This document shows positions 39,769 to 47,827 of a stretch of 64,000 nucleotides of DNA, in pieces (position 1 is the stretch's first letter; each line of letters opens with the position of its first letter). Origin of the DNA: Parcubacteria group bacterium. GTDB taxonomy: Bacteria > Patescibacteriota > Minisyncoccia > Phycocordibacterales > CALRHW01. The DNA lies in NCBI GenBank assembly GCA_039740835.1, contig JBCLGW010000001.1, forward strand, positions 27,640 through 91,639, read 5' to 3'. Position numbers and translations under genes: made by a program. The notes under the pieces are model-generated. The model was given only the letters and a program-made list of their open reading frames with translations, had not been told where the DNA came from and ran no database searches.

Positions 39769-41248
39769 TTTTGCTAAATCTATAGCCAGTTTGTTTGTTA
39801 AAGATAGTCTTCTCAAGACTGTTTTGATATGAAGCCAAACACGGATCTATTACTTTTTTAATATCTTCTAACTTTTTCAACTCCGGCTCCACATCAATAC
39901 CTTTGCCCTTTAAAAACCTTACTATCATTATTGCATGAGCCCACGCATCTCGTTCTTCTGATACATAAGTATCCATTGTTTTTTGAAAAGCAGCACTTTT
40001 TATAGGATAAAAACGTATTTGCGATTTCGTTTTAGCAAGCATAGATGGTAGCTCATCCCTCCCTGATTGAGAAATTTTAGTATCGGGCAGACCAAGTGTT
40101 TCCACATACTTAGCAAGTTCAAAATAGGCGTTGGGAATATTTATCACACCCTCTTGATTTGTGGGAATCTCTGTACCATTTTTATCCAAACATTCGATTC
40201 CAGATTTTTCTAATTGCTCCCAAATCTTGTCAGGTTCTTCATAGTCTTCACTATCTTTTGGAAGTTCGAGTTTAGAAATAAGTGTCGTAACAGTCTCATA
40301 AATTCCTTCAAACCCTGCTCTACCTTGATCAGAAGTATGGTAATACTTATTTTGCCAAGCATGAGCAACTTCGTGGAGAAGAGAAAGTATACCGCCAGTT
40401 TTTTTTAAATCTCCATAATTTACTATCTTATGCGACGGTCTCATTGCAAAACCCTCTGGGTCAGATTCTCCCATTTTATAATTTTTTAGATCTGCAACTT
40501 CTTTTTGCTTGTAACTTTTTCCAGTAATACTTTCGGCATCAGGTTGAAAAAAAAGCTCTTTATCCATAGCTCGCGGTACAAATTTGCAATTGGATGGCAA
40601 AAGAGCATTCAGGTCTAGAGTAATTCCATTTTTAATATCTTGAATTACCAACGAAGATTCAGCGTAATTTGTATTCCCTGGTCTGTCTATGGTATTAGAA
40701 ACTCTTTCGTAAATAAGATTTTGATTTCCATCTTGTTTTGACGCGTTAGTAGTCGTTTGTTCCACAACGCCATTTAATCTTTCGTTCTCCTCAACCCCCC
40801 CTTCAAAAGTTAACCTTTCTCTCCCATGAAGAGAGTCTTTTAATATTTCATTTCTTTGATTTTTGTATTCTTTTAGTGATAGTTCTTCAACTTCGTCAGT
40901 AAATAATTTGTGCCGTTCTGTACTCTCTGACGCCATTATCCAATTAGCTGAACCAACATTTGGGACACCGTCAATTTCCGGCTTTCTCAAACCATCGGGA
41001 ATTAGACCTCGAAAAAATTCTCCGGCCTCAGTGCTTAATTGTTTGGCATCTTGCTGTGCGTCAGCAAGTCTCTCAAAATCTTTTTGAATCTCTTTTGTAT
41101 CAAAAAGTTTACGTAAAATTTGGTCAAGAGCATTAAGCACCTTTTCTCTTAATTGTTCTCTGAATGCCTTACCACTCTCCGCTTTTATCATTTCAGAAGT
41201 TTCTGGTGAATTAGGGAATCTTTCGTTCATATTATGATTATAACTCAT
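39758..41248 (-). CDS. Hypothetical 496-aa protein with a HExxHxxQ motif (putative zincin-like metallopeptidase, DUF4157-like)
   Basis: No signal peptide. The only recognisable element is LLHEVAHAWQN, an HExxH followed by Gln. The remainder is Glu/Lys-rich. Confidence 0.4.
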   Translation of the reverse strand: MSYNHNMNERFPNSPETSEMIKAESGKAFREQLREKVLNALDQILRKLFDTKEIQKDFERLADAQQDAKQLSTEAGEFFRGLIPDGLRKPEIDGVPNVGSANWIMASESTERHKLFTDEVEELSLKEYKNQRNEILKDSLHGRERLTFEGGVEENERLNGVVEQTTTNASKQDGNQNLIYERVSNTIDRPGNTNYAESSLVIQDIKNGITLDLNALLPSNCKFVPRAMDKELFFQPDAESITGKSYKQKEVADLKNYKMGESDPEGFAMRPSHKIVNYGDLKKTGGILSLLHEVAHAWQNKYYHTSDQGRAGFEGIYETVTTLISKLELPKDSEDYEEPDKIWEQLEKSGIECLDKNGTEIPTNQEGVINIPNAYFELAKYVETLGLPDTKISQSGRDELPSMLAKTKSQIRFYPIKSAAFQKTMDTYVSEERDAWAHAIMIVRFLKGKGIDVEPELKKLEDIKKVIDPCLASYQNSLEKTIFNKQTGYRFSKIPK

Positions 41249-41322
41249 CCTGAGCGAGTTGAAAGGAGTCGCACCACTGACAATTTCAAATTTTTCTTTG
41301 GCTGCAACTAATTCTAATAATT

Positions 41323-41919
41323 TTATTTAACCTTTGGAAACTTTTTTGATTTCATAATTTTATATACCACCCCCATGACAGCAAGAGCAACAATGCCAGC
41401 CACAATTTCTATAGAGAAACTATTCGCAGACTTCGGTTCAGATGTCTGGACCGCTTCCGTTGGAAGTGTTCCTTTCCCTAGCTTAGTTAAGTCTTCGTTG
41501 GCTCGGGCTAATATAGTTGTTCGTTTGCAAAAACTTGTTCCTAAAGTTCCATCATCTTGCTTGGACGCATACACCAGATATTCTTCGTTTTCCTTGAACC
41601 AGAACCCATTACAAGTGAAATAATTATGGACAGTATGCAAGACAGCTTGTTTCTCATTTGAGCCCTTCCACCATTGTGAAACATTAAAAGTTACAATAGT
41701 TCTTGGTTCGGGCGACTTTTGCAGTGGATTATCCAAATATTCTATCTTGCTGACTTTACCAGTAAAGACAGCATCAGAACTTGAAAGTGCGCCCTCTATC
41801 GACGCCAGTGTACAATCACAAGCGAAGGCATTTGGTGTTTGTGAGAAAACAAACAATGAAAAAACAATGAGGGTGAGAAGTGCAGTGCGTAATTTTTTTG
41901 TAAAATTCTCAAAATTCAT
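41323..41919 (-). CDS. Secreted, C-terminally membrane-anchored TIMP/NTR-like protein (putative metalloprotease inhibitor fold)
   Basis: Signal peptide ending ..PNAFA, after which the mature protein begins CDC. Spacing matches TIMP N-domains: C-x-C...FTGKV...WKG...C...EYLV...C. A C-terminal transmembrane helix plus KKFPKVK follows. Confidence 0.35.
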   Translation of the reverse strand: MNFENFTKKLRTALLTLIVFSLFVFSQTPNAFACDCTLASIEGALSSSDAVFTGKVSKIEYLDNPLQKSPEPRTIVTFNVSQWWKGSNEKQAVLHTVHNYFTCNGFWFKENEEYLVYASKQDDGTLGTSFCKRTTILARANEDLTKLGKGTLPTEAVQTSEPKSANSFSIEIVAGIVALAVMGVVYKIMKSKKFPKVK

Positions 41920-41964
41920 AAGGATTAAAAAATTTTATTCCTTTCAAACTTGCAATTTCATTTC

Positions 41965-42039
41965 TGGTGCTCTCAGTAGGAATCGGACCTACATCGCAAG
42001 CTCCGCAAGCTCGCATTCTATCCATTGAACTATGAGAGC
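41965..42039 (-). tRNA. tRNA-Arg (anticodon GCG as read; CCA encoded)
   Basis: Reverse strand reads GCTCTCATAGTTCAATGGATAGAATGCGAGCTTGCGGAGCTTGCGATGTAGGTCCGATTCCTACTGAGAGCACCA. The cloverleaf is consistent and the anticodon loop is UUGCGGA. Confidence 0.65.
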
Positions 42040-42070
42040 GATAGACGAGGGGTAGATTATCACGAAAAAC

Positions 42071-42532
42071 CTAAAATCCCAAGTATTCCATAATTTTTTG
42101 AAAAAGTGGTTCTTGAAGTTTTTCTGCGTGCAAAAACCGGTCGAGATAATTGTGCACCTCATCAACATTCATATCTTCTAAACGCACAACTATCAAAGGC
42201 AAGAAAAACCTTTTTGATTTTAAAAGTAATGCTGGTGGATGTTCCTCGTCATTTACCCAAAAAGATTCAAGCACTCCGTACGGATATTTTGTTTTGTCTA
42301 TGGCCACACCAGTCGCATCAATGTGAATGCGAAGTACACGAGGCGCGCGAGCTGTTTGTAAGACGAGCGCAACTGTTGCAATGACAACAAAAATTGCAAA
42401 AATAATATTACTCAAAATCACCGCAGTCACGGCAATAGATACAGCAATAATACCAACAACCCAAAACCAGTCGTTTGATTTTTCATCATGATGGTGTTCT
42501 AGAGCTTCCCATTCAAGAGGAGAGTTTTCCAT
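42071..42532 (-). CDS. Hypothetical membrane protein
   Basis: 153 aa with two adjacent transmembrane helices (WFWVVGIIAVSIAVTAVILSNIIFAIFVVIATVALVL). Confidence 0.4.
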   Translation of the reverse strand: MENSPLEWEALEHHHDEKSNDWFWVVGIIAVSIAVTAVILSNIIFAIFVVIATVALVLQTARAPRVLRIHIDATGVAIDKTKYPYGVLESFWVNDEEHPPALLLKSKRFFLPLIVVRLEDMNVDEVHNYLDRFLHAEKLQEPLFQKIMEYLGF

Positions 42533-42685
42533 GCATATATTGTAGCATGCAAATATGTTGTGGTGAAGATTGTTGTGGGCATTGCTTTATTAGTGTTTTG
42601 GTTTTATACTAGGAAATCTAAAGCATATTCAGTTTAGTCAGCTAAATGTCTTTATGTTTGATTATTCAATTAGTTTTTTTAAAAT

Positions 42686-42775
42686 ATGGAACCAACAGCA
42701 AAATGTGCAGTTTGTAACAATGAGACTTGTTCTTGTCCACCAGCAGTAACAACAACTCCAGAAGCTACAGCTTAG
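42686..42775 (+). CDS. Candidate 29-aa Cys-rich small protein (MEPTAKCAVCNNETCSCPPAVTTTPEATA)
   Basis: Short ORF immediately followed by a very strong terminator. Cys pattern C-x2-C-x4-C-x-C. No obvious Shine-Dalgarno sequence. It could instead be an sRNA. Confidence 0.2.
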   Translation: MEPTAKCAVCNNETCSCPPAVTTTPEATA

Positions 42776-42780
42776 TTTAC

Positions 42781-42820
42781 TAAAAACCCCCGAAAGGGGG
42801 TTTTTGTTTTGTTTTTTTTG
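42781..42820 (+). terminator. Strong rho-independent terminator
   Basis: AAAAACCCCCGAAAGGGGGTTTTTGTTTTGTTTTTTTT: a 5-bp G/C stem with GAAA loop followed by a T tract. Confidence 0.6.
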
Positions 42821-42888
42821 GCGACACCTCGTAGAGGTTGTTGGAACTTATTATATAGACAAGGTGCTATTCTGCTCCAACCGCCAGT

Positions 42889-43440
42889 TTAGTTGGTCGG
42901 CACAGTAACCGCAAGAGAAAGAGCGTTGCTAGTTCCTCTTCCATCAACACTGACAGATAATGAGTACTGGCCTGGAGTTATTTTCGTATATCTATCTGCT
43001 GGACAACCACCAGCTCCATCTGCATTAATCATGCAGATGGATTGGGGTAGAGTAAAAGTAATTTTATTTGAAATTGGATGTGGACCATCACTAGCAGGTG
43101 CCCCACCCCTCCACAATATTGTTACTTGACCAGTGTCTTTGTTTTTGATTTTTACAAAAATATGAGGACTAGTCATCCAGCCAATACCTGAGTACCCACC
43201 AAGTGGATCAAGATTTGTTCCTTTGATTGTTACTGATGAACCGATGGGTGTGGTGGCAGAAGAAACTAGACTAATCACAGGATTAGTTGTGGTGGCTGGA
43301 GAAGTTTCTGTAGATAAATTATTAATTGAGGCCGGTGATTCTACTTTTTTGTTTTCATAAACATAGAGACCGCCAATAATTAACAATGCAATAGCTCCAA
43401 GAATCGCGGAAACTACGAAACCCTTATTTTGATTTTTCAT
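42889..43440 (-). CDS. Secreted hypothetical protein (Ig-like)
   Basis: N-terminal transmembrane/signal segment (FVVSAILGAIALLIIGGLYVY). Thr/Ser-rich. 183 aa. Confidence 0.4.
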   Translation of the reverse strand: MKNQNKGFVVSAILGAIALLIIGGLYVYENKKVESPASINNLSTETSPATTTNPVISLVSSATTPIGSSVTIKGTNLDPLGGYSGIGWMTSPHIFVKIKNKDTGQVTILWRGGAPASDGPHPISNKITFTLPQSICMINADGAGGCPADRYTKITPGQYSLSVSVDGRGTSNALSLAVTVPTN

Positions 43441-43496
43441 ATATTACATTGTAGCTTGGATTCAACTATTTTGCTTCCGAACCTGATTTCGTTTTT

Positions 43497-43587
43497 TGGC
43501 GGAGGAAGTGAGATTCGAACTCACGATCCAGTTACCCAGATTCCGCTTTTCAAGAGCGGTGCCTTAAACCTCTCGAGCCATTCCTCC
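43497..43587 (-). tRNA. tRNA-Ser (anticodon UGA), long variable arm, CCA encoded
   Basis: Reverse strand reads GGAGGAATGGCTCGAGAGGTTTAAGGCACCGCTCTTGAAAAGCGGAATCTGGGTAACTGGATCGTGAGTTCGAATCTCACTTCCTCCGCCA. Confidence 0.8.
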
Positions 43588-44064
43588 ATATTTTGTTTTT
43601 TGTAACCAACTTTTCTCTAAAAAATGTTCTTCATAATGACAGTTTGGACAAATTAATTCTAAATTTTCCAACCGGTTATTTTTTCTGTCCCTATCCTTGT
43701 GATGCACCTGTAAAATCTCATATTTATTATAATCACACCTTTCGCACTTTGTTCCTCTCTGGTCTAATAACCTAATTTTTAAGGCTCTTTGGTGTTTGAC
43801 TTTGTCTTTTGGTTTACCAATATGATATTTTGTACCCGATCTATTAATGTTTGAGCAACTTCTACTGCAGGTTTTTTTGTTTAAACCAGCCAAGATTAAT
43901 TTGCCACAAACCAGACAAGAAACCTCTTTTCTAGAAAAAATACCGTAACAAACCGCACCACAAAATACATTGCCACTGTTTTGTTTAATCTGGGAAGGTC
44001 TTTTGTAAATGAGATTTGCGCAAATCACACACTGAGTATTGGGTTTCCTTTTGTATGTTTCCAC
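43564..44064 (-). CDS. HNH endonuclease with N-terminal Cys4 zinc ribbons
   Basis: HNH motif CERCDYNKYEILQVHHKDRDRKNNRLENLELICPNCH. The N-terminal half has three CxxC pairs. The 3' end overlaps tRNA-Ser by about 24 nt. Confidence 0.7.
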   Translation of the reverse strand: METYKRKPNTQCVICANLIYKRPSQIKQNSGNVFCGAVCYGIFSRKEVSCLVCGKLILAGLNKKTCSRSCSNINRSGTKYHIGKPKDKVKHQRALKIRLLDQRGTKCERCDYNKYEILQVHHKDRDRKNNRLENLELICPNCHYEEHFLEKSWLQKTKYGGMAREV

Positions 44065-44089
44065 TCACCCAGTATACCACAAACATATT

Positions 44090-44326
44090 TTACTCACCTT
44101 CAGACACCACTGTATATTTTTTTGCGACGAAATACAAGTAGATTATGTCTAGTATTCCCACTGTGTTTAAAAGCAAAAGAACGATAAACCAACGCTTGTG
44201 TGATAGGCGAGCAGACTGCCAAAGCGCAATCCCTTTCCATAAAATAGTCCACGCCACAAGCACTGTGGACAAAATCGGATTTGCCAAAAACAAAGCTTGA
44301 ACCGTTTGAATATTTGTTGAAAACAT
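44090..44326 (-). CDS. Small two-transmembrane-helix membrane protein (DUF5652-like)
   Basis: 78 aa. Sequence ..VLVAWTILWKGIALWQSARL..WFIVLLLLNTVGILDIIYLYF. Confidence 0.35.
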   Translation of the reverse strand: MFSTNIQTVQALFLANPILSTVLVAWTILWKGIALWQSARLSHKRWFIVLLLLNTVGILDIIYLYFVAKKYTVVSEGE

Positions 44327-44418
44327 ACCGTTATAATATCAAAAAAAGTAGACAATGCAATTGCAAAAAAGGTATGGCTCTCGACTCTACTCTACGGTAT
44401 AGTGGGGAGGTGAAATAT

Positions 44419-44802
44419 ATGGGAATTGATTATGGTGAAAAGCGCGTAGGGCTGGCTCTCTCAAACGAAAGCAATGAATTTTCTCTGCCTTTTAAGGTTT
44501 TGCCGAATAATAAAATTCTTTTACAGGAGATACAAAAAATTTGCGTTGAAAAAAATGTGACGGATGTCGTGGTGGGTGAGTCAAAAGATTTTCACGGCAA
44601 CAAAAATCCGATAATGGAACGCATCTCCATTTTTGTATCTGAGTTGGAAAAAACATCTGGTGTAAAAGTGCATCTTGAACCAGAGTTTTTGACATCGCAT
44701 CAAGCACAGCATATTCAAGGAAAGACCGATATGATAGACGCGTCTGCGGCGGCGATTATTTTAAAAAGTTTTTTGGAGAGAAATAATAATGTAAGCGTAT
44801 GA
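44419..44802 (+). CDS. ruvX: Putative pre-16S rRNA nuclease / Holliday junction resolvase-like YqgF (RuvX)
   Basis: N-terminus MGIDYGEKRVGLALS (RNase H-like fold). The likely start is the internal Met; the track ORF begins upstream at 44281. Confidence 0.75.
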   Translation: MGIDYGEKRVGLALSNESNEFSLPFKVLPNNKILLQEIQKICVEKNVTDVVVGESKDFHGNKNPIMERISIFVSELEKTSGVKVHLEPEFLTSHQAQHIQGKTDMIDASAAAIILKSFLERNNNVSV

Positions 44803-45125
44803 TAAATATTGACGATTTTAAAAAAGTAGAAATAAAGACGGGAAAAATTTTGACCGCAGAAAAAGTGCCAGAGACCGACAAGCTTTTGCGACTTACGGTG
44901 GATTTTGGTGAAGAGGCACCGCGACAGATAGTGTCAGGTATTGCTATGTTTTTTCCAGATGAGTCTGTGCTTGTGGGCAAAACTTATATGTTTGTAACAA
45001 ATCTAGAGCCGAGAAATATAAAAGGTTTGGAGAGCAACGGTATGATACTAGCGCTTTCAAGCGATACAGAATTTTCTTTGCTTGAGCCCTCTCAGCCAGT
45101 CTCCACTGGTCTTTCTGCTCATTAA
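44799..45125 (+). CDS. tRNA-binding domain protein (CsaA/Trbp111/EMAP-type OB fold)
   Basis: N-terminus DFKKVEIKTGKILTAEKVPETDKLLRLTVDFGEE is a typical tRNA-binding OB-fold N-terminus. Confidence 0.7.
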   Translation: MINIDDFKKVEIKTGKILTAEKVPETDKLLRLTVDFGEEAPRQIVSGIAMFFPDESVLVGKTYMFVTNLEPRNIKGLESNGMILALSSDTEFSLLEPSQPVSTGLSAH

Positions 45126-45185
45126 TTTTTTTGTAGGGGAAAACCTACTGCGTTTGGGTGGCGAATAGTATATAATTATTCTTAC

Positions 45186-46142
45186 ATGAGTAAGAATTTC
45201 TTTGATTTTTTTCCTCCGCCACATTTTTTGGAAATGCCGTCTTTCGGTTTTTCTATTTCTGATACGAGTTTGCGTTTTGTTGAGCTCCGACCGCACGAAG
45301 GTTCTTTTGTTGTGGGGGACTATGCCGAGCGACCGCTACCGCTAGGAGCAGTAGACGCTGGCTATATTCACAAGCCAGAGCAGGTAGTGGAGGTTCTAAA
45401 GTCGCTAAAAAAAGAATACAACCTAAAATTTGTGCGAGTGACTTTGCCAGAAGAAAAAGCTTTTGTCTACAAAACACAGATACCAGCTGTCGCGCCAGAA
45501 GAAATGCGCAGTAGTGTTGAGTTTACGCTCGAGGGAAATGTGCCAGTCACTTCTGCTGATTCTGTTTTTGATTTTACTGTTATGCCACAAAAAAAATCTG
45601 ATCCATTGCATGTAGATGTTGCGGTATGTGTTGTGCCAAACAAAGTTGTAGATGCATATCTGTCACTTTTTTCTTCGGCTGGACTTGTCGTGACAGCTTT
45701 TGGTCTAGAGTCTCAGGCGGTCGTACATTCTATTATTGAGCAAGGGGACACAAACACTTATCTAATTTTGAATTTAGATAAATATAAAACTGGTTTTTAT
45801 ATAGCCACAGGCAATGCCGTGCATTTTACATCTACAATGTCTATTACCACAGACTCTTTGCCAGAATTGGCGAGGGAGATAAATAAAATATATTGGCATG
45901 AATATGGAGAGAAAAAAGAAAAGGGAAGCTCTATAAACAAAATACTTTTGTGTGGCGATGGCGCTGACAAAAATGGAGTGAGGGAATATATTTTCAACAA
46001 CCTAGGCATAGAGGCGGAAATAGCAAATGTTTGGAAAAATGTTTTTGTTTTTGATATTTATGTTCCAGATATTTCGTACAAAGATTCTGTTAGCTTTGCG
46101 GGAGCGATAGGTCTGGCACTGCCTTCTTTTTTACAAATATGA
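45186..46142 (+). CDS. pilM: Type IV pilus assembly protein PilM (actin-like ATPase fold)
   Basis: N-terminus ..FGFSISDTSLRFVEL... followed by the PilM-like domain order. It is followed by pilN-like and pilO-like genes. Confidence 0.6.
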   Translation: MSKNFFDFFPPPHFLEMPSFGFSISDTSLRFVELRPHEGSFVVGDYAERPLPLGAVDAGYIHKPEQVVEVLKSLKKEYNLKFVRVTLPEEKAFVYKTQIPAVAPEEMRSSVEFTLEGNVPVTSADSVFDFTVMPQKKSDPLHVDVAVCVVPNKVVDAYLSLFSSAGLVVTAFGLESQAVVHSIIEQGDTNTYLILNLDKYKTGFYIATGNAVHFTSTMSITTDSLPELAREINKIYWHEYGEKKEKGSSINKILLCGDGADKNGVREYIFNNLGIEAEIANVWKNVFVFDIYVPDISYKDSVSFAGAIGLALPSFLQI

Positions 46143-46681
46143 CAAATTTACTTCCACAAGACTATCAAAAAAAGATAGCCAAAGAATACAAATACAGAAA
46201 AGAGGTAGTGGCTCTTTTGGGTCTCGCGGTGACGATTTTTGTTTCCGCTAGTTTTCTCGTGCCATCTTTTGTGCTTTCAAAAGTAAAGCTTGGAGAGATG
46301 ACGACGAGAGTGGAGCAGGTGCGCAAAGTAAATGAAGGTGTGGCAAAAAAACATTCATCCAGCACAATACTCAAAGATGCAGAAGAAAAAATCAGATTGC
46401 TTGCGGACACAAAAGGTCAAGAGTCTATAGATAAACTGGTGGGAATTATTACAGACGAAAAATCTGATACGATAAAAATAAAGTCTATTTCGTATGCTCA
46501 TGCACAGGGGGCGCCGTCTACAATATCTGTTGTTGGGCTTGCAAAAGACAGAGAGAGTTTGACTCAGTTTTTAAAGAAAATGCAAAGTCAGAGTCTTTTT
46601 GCGTCGGTCGACCTGCCAGTTTCAAATTTTGCAAAGGGTAAAGACATTACTTTTTCAATGTCGATATCTGGAACATTTTAA
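46139..46681 (+). CDS. pilN: Type IV pilus assembly protein PilN-like
   Basis: Short cytoplasmic N-terminus, a single transmembrane helix (VALLGLAVTIFVSASFLVPSFVL), and a periplasmic domain. 4-nt overlap with pilM. Confidence 0.5.
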   Translation: MTNLLPQDYQKKIAKEYKYRKEVVALLGLAVTIFVSASFLVPSFVLSKVKLGEMTTRVEQVRKVNEGVAKKHSSSTILKDAEEKIRLLADTKGQESIDKLVGIITDEKSDTIKIKSISYAHAQGAPSTISVVGLAKDRESLTQFLKKMQSQSLFASVDLPVSNFAKGKDITFSMSISGTF

Positions 46682-46684
46682 TTT

Positions 46685-47260
46685 ATGAAATTTTCAACAA
46701 AAAAAATCTTGATACTTGTTTCGGTTTTAGTACTGATATTTTTGTCAGGATATGCTTTTTTGTTTTTTGGTATAAAATGGAAAAATGAAAAGTCTTTTGT
46801 TCTGTCTCAAGAAATAGATGAATATGTGATTCGGGAGTCTACGTTGAAAAGTAATGATAAAACAGCTCAAGATTTGGCAAGTCAGATAAATCTGCTCGGC
46901 CCATACTTTGTAAAAGAAGCGGACGTTGTGAGTTTTATTGAAATAATAGAGGACGCTGGCAAGAAAAATGACGCCGTGGTCACGATAGGTACTATTGGTG
47001 TTGTTGTGGGGGGTGACGAAAGTGTAAAACAACAAACACTTTCTTTGCGTTTTGATGCAAAGGGTTCTTGGAGCAATTTGCGCAACCTCATTTCATATTT
47101 AGAAAATTTGCCGTACAAGATTACTTTTGAAAAAGTTTCTTTGAATGCGGAATTTTCACCAGTACCATTTTTCAAAGACCCAGAAATTGAGGGTGTTGAA
47201 AAAAGTGATCTACAGACGTGGGGTGGGGTATTTGAAATAAATGTTGTAACTCATAAATAA
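46685..47260 (+). CDS. pilO: Type IV pilus assembly protein PilO-like
   Basis: N-terminal transmembrane helix plus a periplasmic domain. Position in the operon supports the call. Confidence 0.4.
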   Translation: MKFSTKKILILVSVLVLIFLSGYAFLFFGIKWKNEKSFVLSQEIDEYVIRESTLKSNDKTAQDLASQINLLGPYFVKEADVVSFIEIIEDAGKKNDAVVTIGTIGVVVGGDESVKQQTLSLRFDAKGSWSNLRNLISYLENLPYKITFEKVSLNAEFSPVPFFKDPEIEGVEKSDLQTWGGVFEINVVTHK

Positions 47261-47261
47261 T

Positions 47262-47588
47262 ATGAAGATAGATTTTAAATCATTAAGAAAAATATTCCGC
47301 GGGGAATTTCATAAGTCACACTTGCATGTGATAAGTCCAGAGCAAGACTGGAAATTTATCGTTCTATCTTTTTTTGTGCTGGCTCTTTTGCTCGGAGCTC
47401 TCAGCACATTTCTTTTTTTCAAAATAAATAAAGGCGAGATTTTTAACACAGAACAAAAAGTGCAGGGTGAGGGGAGCCGTATTGATAGTCAAAAACTAAG
47501 CGAGACTGTTGGACGCTTTGAAGCAAAGAAAGCAAATCTTTTGGAGTTTGAGCAAAACAAAAAATCTTTTCCCGACCCGTCTTTGTAG
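47262..47588 (+). CDS. Small single-pass membrane protein, last gene of the pilMNO operon (PilP-like?)
   Basis: 108 aa. Transmembrane helix FIVLSFFVLALLLGALSTFLFF. Confidence 0.3.
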   Translation: MKIDFKSLRKIFRGEFHKSHLHVISPEQDWKFIVLSFFVLALLLGALSTFLFFKINKGEIFNTEQKVQGEGSRIDSQKLSETVGRFEAKKANLLEFEQNKKSFPDPSL

Positions 47589-47667
47589 AAGTTTATAAAA
47601 TACTTGGAAATTGGGCCTATTGGATTATTTTGCATTATCCAGTAATATGTGAAATGTCTGCCATTTT

Positions 47668-47739
47668 GCCCCTGTAGTTCAATGGATAGAACATCGGACT
47701 TCTAAGCCGGTTATGTAGGTTCGATTCCTGCCAGGGGCA
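47668..47739 (+). tRNA. tRNA-Arg (anticodon UCU)
   Basis: GCCCCTGTAGTTCAATGGATAGAACATCGGACTTCTAAGCCGGTTATGTAGGTTCGATTCCTGCCAGGGGCA. The anticodon loop is CUUCUAA and a TPsiC loop is present. Confidence 0.75.
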
Positions 47740-47827
47740 CAAAATTATTAAATGGAAAATTAGGCGAAACAAAGTGGGCGTGCCTTCGGCACGCCCACCT
47801 CTTGATTAGTTCTCAACCAGAAAAACC

